A DNA stretch of 64,000 nucleotides from Pseudovirgaria hyperparasitica (lineage: Eukaryota): the NCBI GenBank assembly GCA_010093815.1, contig ML996569.1; one strand, 5' to 3'. Below, one piece after another: positions 24,785 to 37,687 of the stretch. The number at the start of each line of letters is the position of its first letter. Position 1 is the first letter of the stretch. A program made the position numbers and the translations under genes. The notes beneath the pieces are model-generated. The model searched no databases. It was given only the letters and a program-made list of their open reading frames with translations, and had not been told where the DNA came from.

Positions 24785-26302
24785 CTACGAGCTAATTGCC
24801 TTCTCCAACACCTCCATGAACTTCCAGACGTCCGTGAAGTTGTTATATATCGGTACAGGAGCCACTCTGATCACGCCAGGCTTCCTCTGATCGCATACCA
24901 CACCAGCATTCTTAAAGAAATCACCAGCCTTCTCCAGCAGTCCATCCCTGAGCAGTACACTCAGCTGCGCGCCTCTCTCTGCCACATTCCGTGGCGTCAA
25001 TACCGTAAATGCACCCTCATACCTCTCCAGGATACCATCCAAAAGGAACTCCGCATAGCTTGTTAACAACAGACTCTTCGCTCGCAGACTTGCCATATCA
25101 GTCTTGTTGAACACGCTCAACGCCCCGGAGAGAGACGCCAGATCCACCACACTTGGATTCGAGCACTGGAACCCAGCCGCGCCTGGCGTCGGCCTGAACT
25201 TGTTGTCCATCAAAAACCGCGTGTCCTTGTCATGCCCATACCACCCCGTCAACCGCGGCCTGAACATCGGCACCGAGTCCACACCATCAGAGTACGTCAC
25301 CGCGCCATGTTTCTCATGCACGAAACACCCCCCAATACTCCCCGGCCCAGCATTCAGGTACTTGTACGTACACCACACCGCAAAATCCACATTCCAGTCA
25401 TGCAGCTTCAATGGCACATTCCCCGCCGCATGCGCCAGGTCCCATCCCACCATAATCCCACGCGCCTGCGCATACGCCGTGATGCGCGGTATATCAAACA
25501 GCTGGCCAGAGTAATACTGAATGCCCGGCAGCAGCAGCAGCGCCGCATCATCCGCATGCTCGTCGATAGCAGCCAGGATCTTGGCCGTCGGAATCAGCGC
25601 ATTGGCATCCGGTTGCACGAGCACCAGCGAAGCCGCCGGGTCGCGCCCGTGCAGTCGCAGCTGCGATTCCACGGCGTAGTAGTCGCTTGGGAACGGCTTC
25701 CATTCGCAGATGATCTTGTGTCGCTGGGCCGTGGGCGTGTAGAAGCTGGCGAGCATGAGGTGCAGGTTGATGGTGAGGGTGTTCATGATGATTACTTCGT
25801 CCGGCTGGGCGCCGACGATGGCGGCGCTTTGGCTAGATGCTTGTGCGGCTAGGTCTTGCCATGCTGGGAGTGGTGATGCGGTGAGACCGTGGTGGTGGCC
25901 TTGGACGCCGACGGAGGCCCATGTGTCGAGGTGGGCGGCGAGGTAGGTGCGTACGGCTTTGGGCTGGCATCCGAGGGAGTTGCCGCAGAAATATACGGCG
26001 GGCTCGTTGTCTTCGGCGGTGGTGGCGTCGGCATTGTTTGTGGTGGTGGTGGTGGTGGTGGTGGTGGTGGTGAGGTCTTGCGCGCTGTCGTTGCGGAGTG
26101 TGGTGGTTTGGAGCGTGGATGTAGCGACAGGGATGGATTTCGCGGCCAGGCTTGCTTTGGTAGGGATGATGAAATCGGCGCGCAGGGCGGCGAGGGGATC
26201 TTGTGCGTCGAGTGAGGCGGCGTATTCGCGTGTGTTTGCGGATTCGGGGAAGGTGATAGAGTGACCCTGGAGGAGGGCGGTGGTGAAGTTGGAGGTCTCC
26301 AT
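24785..26302 (-). CDS. BNA5: Kynureninase (PLP-dependent)
   Basis: [28 protein letters not shown] and [12 protein letters not shown] (PLP lysine); intronless 505 aa. Confidence 0.95.
   Translation of the reverse strand: METSNFTTALLQGHSITFPESANTREYAASLDAQDPLAALRADFIIPTKASLAAKSIPVATSTLQTTTLRNDSAQDLTTTTTTTTTTTNNADATTAEDNEPAVYFCGNSLGCQPKAVRTYLAAHLDTWASVGVQGHHHGLTASPLPAWQDLAAQASSQSAAIVGAQPDEVIIMNTLTINLHLMLASFYTPTAQRHKIICEWKPFPSDYYAVESQLRLHGRDPAASLVLVQPDANALIPTAKILAAIDEHADDAALLLLPGIQYYSGQLFDIPRITAYAQARGIMVGWDLAHAAGNVPLKLHDWNVDFAVWCTYKYLNAGPGSIGGCFVHEKHGAVTYSDGVDSVPMFRPRLTGWYGHDKDTRFLMDNKFRPTPGAAGFQCSNPSVVDLASLSGALSVFNKTDMASLRAKSLLLTSYAEFLLDGILERYEGAFTVLTPRNVAERGAQLSVLLRDGLLEKAGDFFKNAGVVCDQRKPGVIRVAPVPIYNNFTDVWKFMEVLEKAISS
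26041..26071. repeat. (TGG)n microsatellite encoding a poly-Thr tract in kynureninase
   Basis: About 10 uninterrupted tgg units, read as ACC (Thr) codons on the minus strand. Confidence 0.9.
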
Positions 26303-26861
26303 CGCTGGGAAAGGGGTCGATTGTAATGGAATTTTGTGTGTGAACGTCTATGTGTGTGTGTCTGTGTGGATGGATTGTGAGTAGTAGTGGGATATTGTCG
26401 TTCTACTTTATGCCCTCGAGGGCGGCGAGGTGGACGTCGTCATGGACGGACCCTGTGGATACTCGATACCTAGAATTGCTTGGTGTTTAGGATGGAGCTC
26501 GGAGCGGAAGTCAGAGTAACTGACTCGTGTTCCGAACAGTCTAGTGCGCCGAGAAAAGATGGGGCGCGTGGCTCGTCGTTTCTCATGAAACGCCTGCCGG
26601 GCTTCCATGTTGGTTGATGTGGCAATACTAGCCTCATTTATTGCATTGCGGGATTCATATGCTGTCATTGCGTTATCTTTGGGCTAGAGTTGGTTGTTGG
26701 CATCAAGTTGTGGAGACAGATTGATAGGAGCCTTGGCCCCTGAGGCCAAGACTATCAGCATTCTTTGGAAGGAGCCCAAGGTACACGATAATGCTCTCCA
26801 TTACACGCTCAATTGGTCATCTGTATGGATGCATGATTTGTATCTACACAATATAGAATCG

Positions 26862-28222
26862 CTAATGCAACACCGTCTTGCCAGCATCCTCCGTCTCCTG
26901 CCTTGTCTGCTTCAAAAATGGCATTAAATCCGTACCCCCTGTCCCAGTAAGAGCACCATCCTTCTGTTTCGCAACATCACTCGACATAGACGCCAAGTTC
27001 GTCCTCAGTGTCTGTTTCGATCGCCTCGAGGGTATGATGATGTACTTCGTCACGATCTGAAGGTGCAAGCCCCTAAAATCACTCAACGCCTGCAGCGCCG
27101 CCTGATACGCATCTCGAAGCCGCGTCTGCTGCACAGCGTGCCCGGGCCGAAGCGCAAACTCCTGGATCTTCGACGCCGCAGACACATCCTCCAGAAATCG
27201 ACGGTGTGGGCCGGGCATATAGTCTCGCATCTCCTCATGAAACGACCGTACCGGACCCGTACCTACGGCCTTCACTTCGCCATTCGACTCATGCCGCACC
27301 CCCAGTGCCAAGTCGAGGAACTGTATCAGCGAGCTCTGTGCATTACTCCCGCCACGCACCTGCATCCACTCGCCCCTGCCATCCCCATAATCGTAGAACA
27401 CGCCATTCGGCAGTCCCGCCGATGCCATATTCTTGCTCCCGGCGAGAAACGGGCGGATGTCGTCGTAGAAGACGTCCGGGTCGCACTTCTCGGACATACG
27501 CATGAGGACCTTGCCGAGGCGGTGGATATGCGGGACGATCTCTTCGAGACGTTGTGTGGCTCCTGTGTAGTCTTGCGCTTCGGCGCTTTCCATGGCGCGG
27601 AGGAGGATTTGGATGGCGGGGGCGCCTTGGGCTTCGACGGCGACGGAGACGAGGTAGAACCATGCCTCGTCCAGGGTGCCGGTCATGGTGTGTAGAGATT
27701 GGAGGGCGTCGAGGGTACTGAAGTCTGGGGACGCGGAGGTGAAGTTCCAGAGATTTAGGGCGGCGTATGTGGCGACGGGTGGGAGTTCGAGGTGCTGTGA
27801 TATGGCGGCGAAGGGGACTGCGACTTGTGGAGGGAGAATCTATCGAGGATGTATTAGAGTTACTGTTTGAAGGGGTGCTGGAGGGGTCTGCGGACCTCTG
27901 ACGGCTTTGGACCTCCCCAGATGTAGCCGTGTGTGAAGAATGCGAGGATGACATATGCTCTTCTCCATTCTGCGACGGTTTGTAGCTTGTGTACGGATAG
28001 AATTGGGAGATGCCGGATTTCATCATGTAGCAAGTCGTGTGCCAGGAGTTTGCTTAGTTTGGTGATGATTGCTTCCCATGGCTCGTAGTACCTGGGTAGA
28101 CGTCGTAGGGGGAGATCGGCTGGCAGAAAACCATTCTCTGTCACTGCATATTTGGACAGGTCTGCAAAACACGGGATTGTATGTGTCTGTGTCGTCGAAG
28201 AAGGGAATACATGGACGCCCAT
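26862..28222 (-). CDS. Indoleamine 2,3-dioxygenase (IDO family)
   Basis: Two exons (intron 27840-27895). Motifs ENGFLP, RRAYVIL...HGYIWG, DEAWFYLVS, GGSNAQSS, heme-ligand HLQIVTKYI and GTGGTDLMPFLKQ. Confidence 0.93.
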
Positions 28223-28985
28223 CTTGATGTATATGTTGGAATATGCAAACTAAGCTTGGAGTGGTAGATATGGAAGATAGTGATTAGAAAGAGTTTCACA
28301 GATAGGAGTCTTTCACACAAGATAATACGTGTCTATTGTACGAGGCACAGTATAATAACTTTTAGTCCCTCGCCTATGGAGACATGACAAGCATCCATGG
28401 CTCACTGGCCTCGCGTGAAATAAAGTCGTCGTGTGGATACAGGCATGGGATCTCGGAAGTGAGATATGCTTTGTTATCATCGGAGCTGCTGGGAATCTGG
28501 CATGGCTCGTCTCCACTCTATGCATTGACCTGCATGCGCATCACTTGACGCAATGCCTCGTCGGCGATAGTGAGATCTATGACAGATGACCATGTATGTA
28601 CGATGAATGGAAGATATCTAGTAGCGCAGGTATCTCTGGCAGATCCGAGATCAGCTCGGCCGAAACGAGTGAGAAAGACATAATAACTTTAAAACCTTGG
28701 CAGATATCTACCTCCTTGCAAGGCGGAATGTTGCCTGAGTAATAGTACAGAACATACTTTGGTACATTTATTTTTATCAATGATTGTGAGCAATTTATAC
28801 AATCCTTTCCTTGAGAGGCGATTCATAGCTCAACCAGGTCATGAACTCGCGCATATCATCACGTGTAGGCCCCATATAAGATTGCCAAGAACGAGGGAAG
28901 ATATCTTCACGTTGAAATCTCCTCTCTTCCGACTTCCGCTCATCTTCATCCTTTCCACTCTCCTGGGCAAGCCGGCCCAAACCTC

Positions 28986-31095
28986 ATGGCGGACACACAA
29001 TTAGCCAGATCCGAAACGCGGCCTCGTGTAGATAGTGCGTGCGATCAGTGCAAGATCAGAAAAGGTAAGGATGATACAGCTTACTGACGAACTCCCCAAA
29101 GTGAGTAATCGAGGATTGACACTACCAGTCAAGTGTAATGGCGGATACCCTTGCGCTCGATGCGCGAAACAACGGCCTGATGGGTGCCAGTATACTATAC
29201 CCAATCGTCGTAAACTGAGGGAGTCGCTTCGGGCAGCCTCCAGAACGCAGCAAGCTGTCCCGAATTTGGTCAGTTCTGTGGCTACAGAACATGCCATGCT
29301 CGCAGGCCCAGCAGGACCTCAGCACACCGTCACGCCTAGCTTGCACCGACATAGCTCCCCTGGCGATGAAGAAGAAACGGCTATCCCTCGGGAGGGCCGA
29401 CTTCTTCGAGATACGCAGGGCAAACTCGTCTTCGTCGGCGATTGTGCGCCGCTCTCTTTCTTGCAGACTGTTCGAAAGCTCATCTCAACCTGTGTCGAGC
29501 TAGAGACTACAGCTTCTCAAGAGCGAGATCCTGTTCTCGAGCAGGTCGAGGTCCGAGACTCAGCTTGCCAAACGGGCCTGACACCGGCTCTGGTCCAAAA
29601 AGCGTGCGACAACTTCTTCCGGGCGACGTTCGGCATTGTTGATCTCTTCGATGAATCGTTTCTCTCTGAGATGAATGCATGGCATAACGATGACTCCGCT
29701 GGCTCGGCAGTGAAATACCTTGTCCTGGCGATAGGATTGCAAAATGATGATGACGTCTTAGCTGGACACTTCTTCCATAAGGGACGTAAGATCGCGCTAC
29801 TCCATCTTGCTGCAGACGTCGAGATCTCTACTGTCCAAGCGTTTCTCCTGGTCTCTGTCTTTATGGTAAGAGCTTGCCAGGCGAATGGAGCCTTCATGTA
29901 TTTTGGTCTTGCTGCCCGCGCGACATACTCAATTGGTCTTCATAGGGCGGAAGTGAACGCCTACTATGGACCAGCTTCGCAGGAGCAACGCCATCGTCTT
30001 TACAAAAGCCTGAAGGTTATGGACTTGTTTCTCAGTGTGTCACTCGCTCGACCACCCGCTATCACCGATGCAGATTGCACCGTGCCATACAGACAGGATG
30101 ACCCAGGAAAACCTGGAAGCAGCGTGGATGGCTTGCTCCAAGCAATGCTTATCATCGAACATATCGTTCAGGCAGTATACTGTGAACGTAAAATCTCTCT
30201 TTCGATAGCCGAGAAGATCTCTGAGCAGCTGAAAGACTGGGCTAGTAGGAGATTGCCATATCTCCAGCAGACGCTCCAATCCACAACAGATCAGGGGATC
30301 ATCGTGAGTGCATGTCAGACCTTGTCGACATACTACTACGCGATCATGCTTATTACGCGTCCCTTCCTCATGTTCGATGTGTACAGAGCTTTGAAAGAAG
30401 GAGCCGACAGGCCAAATACCGCAAGTCCACGCACATCAAGCTTGTCTAACAAACGCATGCGCTTTACAGAGTCTTGCATTGATGCTGCTTGTCTGCTCTT
30501 GGATACAGTTCAGCAAGTTCTGGATCGCGATATTATGCCACACAAAACACCCATCATCGTTCCGTGGATCTTTACCGCATCGCTGGTCGTATGTGTCGGA
30601 CTCCTTGGAGGCCTCGGACGAGTCCTCGAGCAATATGCGAGGACTTCTATTACTGCATTAGAATACTTAGCCAAGTCTGATGCACATGCATCGCAGTACG
30701 CGTCCATTGCCGAGAGTTTACTCAAAACAACAACCGAATTCCTCGTCAAGAAGGATATGGAAGAGAGATGCCGCAAAGTGAAGACTTCTTCCGACCTCTT
30801 TGGCATGGTTCATCGGGCCTATAACGACACTTCCACTGGGAGTACTCCTTCGAGCAGTAGTCCTTTCATGCAGGAAACGCATCCGGTCACGATTCCTAAC
30901 ACAAACGCGCGCTACACAACAGCAGACACCAGTAATGCCCCGTTGCCTGAGACGGTCTGCTCTCTCGGACTGGACGCTGACTTCTTTCTTCTGGCGAATG
31001 GTGAATCGTGGGGAACCGTTGCTGAGGAAGTCTTTGGTACTATGAACCTGTTCCCGAGCTTCGAGAGCGATAGGATGTTCCATGCATACCACTAG
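28986..31095 (+). CDS. Zn(II)2Cys6 transcription factor with fungal-specific TF domain
   Basis: MADTQLARSETRPRVDSACDQCKIRK, intron (~29065-29128), then VKCNGGYPCARC...C. Middle homology region AARATYSIGLHR...SVSLARPP. Confidence 0.9.
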
Positions 31096-32304
31096 TGGAG
31101 AAGTCTGAAGCTCATATTGAATGCACATAGCATGCGTCTGATCGATGACTTGATCAAGCTGGAACCATCTGATCACGCAGCACCACGTCGAGTACCTGAT
31201 AGTAGGCCATGACTCCAGTCACAGCTCCCACAGTTTTATCAACGGACCGATCTGCCACAAAAGCTGAAGCAGATCTGCATGGAAGCAGTAGCCTAGGAAA
31301 GCTATGAATGCCAGGCGAGCGGCCTGAATCGTTGTGATTGAGTGTTTCTGAGGAGCGCGTGCGTCTTAGGAGGAGTTCTTCTCAGAAGTAACTTTCATTC
31401 GCCTCTAATTCGATACATTGGGCATATGCATGCTCACGATGCCGAACTTGGACACAAAGTCGACGTGAGCTAGATTGACTTTCCGCGCATCGTCCGCTGC
31501 TATCAAGGCGACCGCAACAGATGGCCCTTGAAAGCACGCAAATCCAATACGGCTGAGTTCGCGGTCCTGGTGGCTGATTATGGGTGACTACAAATAACAT
31601 TCAATTTGGCCTGGCCTGAGAATCGAAGGAACGGGTTACACTTTGGGTTCATGGATCGAAAACAGAAGCATGGAGACTAACTTCTTATTCAACTATTCAA
31701 GAAGCAGTGGCTTCAATGAGTGGTAAGCAATATCCAAGCCCTCAAGTTGTAAGCGCCTGCAAGGCTGAGACAAACATGCAGAAGTCTACCCCGCCACAGT
31801 GGTTGCACAGCATCGCAAATACGCAGCGAAAACTCGTTCTGGGCATGATTGCGTTCGGCCTGAGAGTAGGTAACGGAGAAATATCCTTGTGGAAGTTGTT
31901 TCGAGATGCATGTCGGGGGATGGATGAGGCTGCTGCTCGAGGAGAGCGACAAGTCGAATCATGGTATTGTGCACTTGCGGACCAAGTCTTATGTCTCGTG
32001 TTACATGGGCGTTTTGGATATCCAGAACTACCCTGACACGTAGTTGACGCAATGCACAGATGGAGTTGAAAGCAGCTGCATGTCTCGTACAGGCTTAGGC
32101 TCCCAGTGGCTCGAAAGGCTGTTCACCTGAGCGAACATCACAACGTACTCTTGAATTGACAAGTAAATGAGCCTTGCTTCCCTGCCTGGGGTTCAAAGCA
32201 TCGTTTCGACGATCAAGCTAGGTACATCTCAGTACAGATGATTGGAGTCAATCTCTTCGCTGCTGACATTCATCTCGAGACTTCACCTCGACAACAACAT
32301 CACC

Positions 32305-33201
32305 ATGGAGCGAGCTGGTTGCATATACTGGCTACCAGCCCCCACGATCTCATCAGCCCATGCCAACAGTTCTGTTCCTGAAGCCGGACACAATCACCCA
32401 GTCATAGTGCTGGAAAGCAGCGGCGGATTGGATACCATTCTGCTCGTCAGTCGCTCGACTCACACTAGACTTGCTCATATCAATACTCTCACCTGCTAAT
32501 CCAAGTCCCAGCTCACATCTTTCAACGGCCAGAGTCTCTCAGTCCGTCACCCAACCCGCATCAACAATCGCGCGCAATACCTCCCTATCCATCCATCTCC
32601 TCCACATCCAGACACCAAAGAGCTCCTCTACCTCTCACCAGGTCCACCACTTCGCAAAGCGAGCTACATCGGCCTTTCAAAAAGACACCAGGTTCCCACC
32701 AGTGCCCTCGTCCACTATGACCGCAAGACAAAAGCGAAATACAGATTGACCCCACAGTCCTGGAAGCTCCTGCTGGAGAAATTGGATCTGCCACAGACTC
32801 TCCTCTTCAACCCCCCAACACCGCTATTTCCTCCTCCCGCGTACCCGGTGCGTCCAACACCACACAATATGCTGCCTCAGTCCCCAGTAAGGGTGCAGTC
32901 TCCGCCCGTGGTCGTGCCTCCAGTGAGATTCTGGAATGTGGAACCCCTGTACAATTACGGGACTGTCAGCGCGTCGCTTGCAATCGCGAGTAGCAACCCT
33001 TATGCGTCAGCACCTATTCCTCAGAGTGCGCCGCAGAGCGTACAGGTCTATGGCCATCATGAGTTACCAAGCCATCGATCGCGAATGGAGGAGAGGGATT
33101 CGGCGGAATGTGGACCCGGCGTCGGGTTCTGCGTGGTGGCTGCTTTGCTATTTTGTGCTTGGTACTGGAGAGCTAATATATGGGGTATTGTCGCGGGTTG
33201 A
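32305..33201 (+). CDS. Hypothetical protein: N-terminal PemK/MazF-like-pattern domain, Pro-rich linker, C-terminal transmembrane helix
   Basis: Intron 32446-32511 (gtcagt...gctaat...cccag) joins GCIYWLP...HNHPVIVL...TILL to LTSFNG...YLPIHP...LRKASYI, in frame with ORF 32746-33201. C-terminal GVGFCVVAALLFCAWYW. Confidence 0.7.
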
Positions 33202-33928
33202 GGCTTAGAAGGGTTGTTATGACAGAGATGCTTGGGTAGCCGTGTGACGTGATAGTATGGGAGATTGTTTTCGCGGGATGCGCACATGGGATTGCTGCGG
33301 CGGTAATTTTTCACGTCTATGATGGGGCTATGGTGTTGGTGCTATGAATATTTGGCTGGTGTATGATGCTACTCCTAGATAATCGAGGTATCTACGCGAC
33401 TGTTGAGGAAAAATTGTGATAGTAGCATATGTTTCACAGTGTGCATTCCGTGCTCCTCACATGAACCACAACGCAATTTGTCAACACTACATCATACATA
33501 GCAGACCGCTAGCTCGAATAACTGTTCAGAAGAAATGAATCATTACGCATCTTGACCCACCCCACGATGTGAATACGCCTCCTTCGATAATCGCCTATCT
33601 AACATCAATGTATCTCACGCAAATGCCTTCCAACACTACCTCGCTTCCGATATCATGAACAACAAAGCCTGGATACACAAACATTCTGCTTATCACGTCC
33701 AGATGTTCGTGATATTGTTTTGAATAGATTAACTTTGTGAGAATCCACCAAAATAGAGCTTTGACTGCGTCATTAATGCTGGTCAATTCGGCGAGGCACT
33801 AGTGTTAGATCACCAAGAAAGTTTTGCTGCGTTCTTAGAGGGAGATGCATGATCTTCTATAAACGTGTACACACAACGGAGGATATCCGTCATAACCTCA
33901 TGTCAATCCATGACCTCTTATACCTCCC

Positions 33929-34750
33929 TCAGAGCTCCCACTCCATCTCCATCCCATCCTCCACAGCTTCATACGGGGTATCATCAACGTCCATCGCATC
34001 CCACCCACTCGCCCATCCCACACCAACTTTCTCCCCCTCTTCGCGTACCACAACCCCATTCACAACCCTCCTCACAGCCCTCTCCTCAACAACCTTTTTC
34101 GCGCCCTCAAGCCCGACAATCAAACTCTTCAACATATGCGGCAAATCTAAGTCCTCAACCCTCGCACGCGAGTGTGGAATCCCACTCCCAAGTCCATCCG
34201 CATCAGCATCCGCATCTTTCCATTTATTACGATACTCCTTCGCGAGCCCAAGACACCGCCTTGTATCCCCAGTACCGAGCGCGGCATGAAGCACGCAAGT
34301 CTCTTGATCGAGTGCATCTAGCAGGTTTGCGTGGAACCGATGCGTCCCAACTCCCAAACCCACAGCACTACCGAGCGCAGTAGCAGGCTCGCCGCGCGGC
34401 ACTTTAACGTCACATAGCCCCAGACAGAGCACGATGTAGCGCTCGAGCAGGACGTAGAATTCGAAGAAGTCGAGCTTGAACATTGTCAGTGCTTCTTTCT
34501 GCGACGGTGGGGACGGGCCGCGGATAATTGTGAGTGCTGAGTCGCTGGGGTTGTGTGTGTGGGTGCTGGATGTGCTTGTGGCGCGTGTATGGGATGTGAG
34601 GAGGCTCTCTGCTTTCCAGCGGAGGCGGGTGAGGAGGCGGGAGAGTTTTTCGGTGTTGGCGATGAGGTGGGTTTCGGTGTCGGTGATGCGGATGCGGTGG
34701 GTGTTGTTGCTGGTTGCCCAGCGGGAGTGTGTGAGGGTGCGGCCGTTCAT
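33929..34750 (-). CDS. Hypothetical fungal protein
   Basis: Intronless 273-aa ORF with protein-like composition (FKLDFFEFYVLLER, HRFHANLL, AKEYRNKWK) and the same codon bias as neighbouring genes; no recognisable function. Confidence 0.7.
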   Translation of the reverse strand: MNGRTLTHSRWATSNNTHRIRITDTETHLIANTEKLSRLLTRLRWKAESLLTSHTRATSTSSTHTHNPSDSALTIIRGPSPPSQKEALTMFKLDFFEFYVLLERYIVLCLGLCDVKVPRGEPATALGSAVGLGVGTHRFHANLLDALDQETCVLHAALGTGDTRRCLGLAKEYRNKWKDADADADGLGSGIPHSRARVEDLDLPHMLKSLIVGLEGAKKVVEERAVRRVVNGVVVREEGEKVGVGWASGWDAMDVDDTPYEAVEDGMEMEWEL

Positions 34751-35659
34751 GGTCGGGTGGCTTTGAGAAGATGGATGGGTGCATTGGATGGGATGGGGAG
34801 GTTATAGGGCAGTTGAGAAGGGGAGCGGAGCCGAAGGTGTTGTTACATGGTGTGATGAGGGTTTTGGTGAATCCATGAGAGATTTTAGCGCGCGCTTGGA
34901 GGGGAATTTCGCGCTGAGTTGTACGGAGCGGGGGTGTTAGGGAGTGCGCTTTATTTCGGGCTTATTTACAGGTTGGGTTCATGACGTCGCGTTCTACGAG
35001 GATACGACGTCTAACGATGTCTTGGTTCTAGTTTGACTGTATATTTGGACATTGCAGCACTTCCTGAAGTTGTTACTGCGACTGGCAAGAGAATCGCATC
35101 GCTCACTGCCGTCTGGGCAAGGATTTGCGCCTATCAGCGTATAATCAACATTGATTCCAATAGAGCATGTGGACTCTCAAGCTCTCAAATATGAATATAA
35201 AGGCTTGTCAATTTGGTAGAACGACAGTGCTAGAGTTGAGTGGTGTGGCCGAAGACGTGTATCAGTTCCATATATGCAGGTTTCTTTCTTATCCATGAAC
35301 CGAGGATGAGTATCTCATATGACAGTCCTAGTACCATAAGAATGTCTGGGTTATCCTGTGAAGCTCTTATCATGGATTAGATCGAAGGGACCCTTTCAAA
35401 ATTGTTATTGTATTAGCACTTGTAATATATGCATTAAACTCGGCTTGGAGCCCTCGAATATGCGGAGACATGTGCCAAGACCGAGGTCAAGATTTCGAGC
35501 AGGGACAATTGTGGAGATGGCGTACGATTAGTCTGGATGGATCTTGCTAATGAGAGAACCATAAACGGTGATGTAGTTGGAGGTCGACTTGATAATTCAT
35601 CTTTTCATTGTACACATATATCGAGAACTCGAATTTGAATGCAGTTCCGGACTAGAATA

Positions 35660-37416
35660 ATGGTCTCCTCGCTGCAGCCAATCATAATAGGTGTCGGAGA
35701 TATCAAGAACCAATCACCTAAACTCGAGGATGCGCTCGAGCCAGCAGACTTGATGGTCAAGGCCATTGAGACCGCACTCTCAGATACGGGTATAGATCAA
35801 CCGAGTCTTCAAGCGCTCCGAGATGCGGTTGACTCCATCGATGTCGTACAATCATGGACGTGGCCATATCCAGACATCGTGGGCACGCTGTACGAGAAGC
35901 TCAACGTCACCAGAGGAAATGGATCAATGAGCAATCATGGCGGAAATGAACCAGGAAAGCTGTTGGATGAAGCTGCGCGGAAAGTCGCAGGTGGCAGGAG
36001 CAAGGTTGCTGTCATTACGGGTGCGGAGGCTCTGGCTTCTCGTACGTATACCAATGGATTTGGCATGAGAGAGCTGCTGATTCGATAGTGAGTGCGTTCG
36101 CGGCAGCGAAGAAGATGCCCCCACCTGGATGGAGCAAGCCGGCACAAAATGTAGAGTCAGTGTTTTCACCCACGAATCGCGACCTTGGAAAACGTACGGC
36201 TTGTCATCCACGATGCTGTGGAAGAGACACACTGACGTTCGGCAGACTTAGGTGCCAGGCATGGCATCGGGAATCCTATTCACATCTATCCTTTGTATGA
36301 GAATGGCTTTCGAGCGATCCGCAAACAGTCCCTGCAAGATAATACCACCGAGTCAGCACAACTGTATGCCGATTTCGCCAAAGTCGCAGAACAGCAACCT
36401 TACTCCTGGAACTATGGCAAGCCAGCAAAGACTGCAGAGTTCATTGGGACTCCTTCAAGGAAGAACAGAATGATCTGCGCTCCATGTTTGTGACTGCATT
36501 CCCAATCCATGCGGCGGCTAACGAGCTAGCAGATCCGATGCTGATGAATGCATTCAACACAGTCAATCTTTCTGCGGCAGTAATCCTTACTACTACTGAG
36601 TTCGCCAAATCTGTCGGCGTACCTGAGGAGAAATGGATATATCCACTTGGTGGAGCTGGCACTGCTGACGCCGATGAGTTTTGGGATCGTCCGAACTTTT
36701 TCTCCAGTCCAGCGATATCTAGATCCCTCACGACTGCGCTAGAGGTCTCTGGGCTGACGAAAGACGACATTGACCTGTACGATTTCTACTCATGCTTCCC
36801 AATCGTGCCGAAGCTGGCGTGTGAGCATCTTGGCCTACCGAAAGTAAACCCACCGAAGCCAATCACGCTTCTTGGTGGATTGACATCATTTGGAGGCGCA
36901 GGCAACAATTACTCCATGCACGCAATCTCCGAAATGGTGCGGCAATTGAGAGCGAAAAAAGGGACGACCGGTCTGATACTGGCGAACGGTGGTGTCCTGT
37001 CATATCAGCATGTCGTATGCCTCTCGTCCACCCCACGAGTAGACGGGGCGGCATATCCGTCAAAGGCACCCTTATCAGCACACATCGACGTGCCTTCACC
37101 GGAAGTCGACGAAGCAGCTGATGGCGCAGCAGTAGTCGAGGTAGGTCTTCTTCAATGCATATGCGTGGTTATGCTAATGAAAGAGCAGACATACACCGTC
37201 GAATACAACCGGGATGGTACGCCTGGAAACGGCTTCGTGGTAGGACGAGTTCTTGATACCGGACATCGATTTATTGCGAATCATGCTGATGAGCATACCC
37301 TACGCCAGTTGGCAAGCGATAGAGTTGAGCCTATTGGGAGGACCGGTCGGGTGTTTCCAGACAAGGAGACAGAGGGGGTCAATCTGTTCACATTTGATGC
37401 GACGCCGAAGTTGTAG
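35660..37416 (+). CDS. Thiolase-like protein (TLP1-type acetyl-CoA acetyltransferase-like) with extra C-terminal domain
   Basis: Five exons (introns 36042-36088, 36194-36245, ~36487-36532, 37141-37188). Motifs PIIIGVG, HGGNEP, YDFYSCFP, GGLTSFGGAGNNYSMHA, ANGG and C-terminal ETYTVEY. Confidence 0.85.
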
Positions 37417-37687
37417 GTAGACGCTGTGACAGTGATGGATACGTGAGACCTTTCTTGTGATGCTATTGTGCCTGATCATAACGGGATGATATGCAGTGGT
37501 GTGACTCAAGAGACGATGTTGTGTGAGTGTGTTGTGTACCAGACCAGATATGGGCTGGGGACACGAGGGTGCCTGACAAACTAGCTCAGGCTGCCACCGC
37601 CCCCACTTGGCGGGGTCAGGCATCCCTTGAAGCGGCTGAATTCCGAGCCTCAGGTCCCCTCAGCAGTCACTCAGTTCAACATTCACG

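Noticed and set aside
31382..32052. Short overlapping ORFs downstream of the Zn2Cys6 gene
   Set aside because: No domain resemblance and no convincing start or splice structure.
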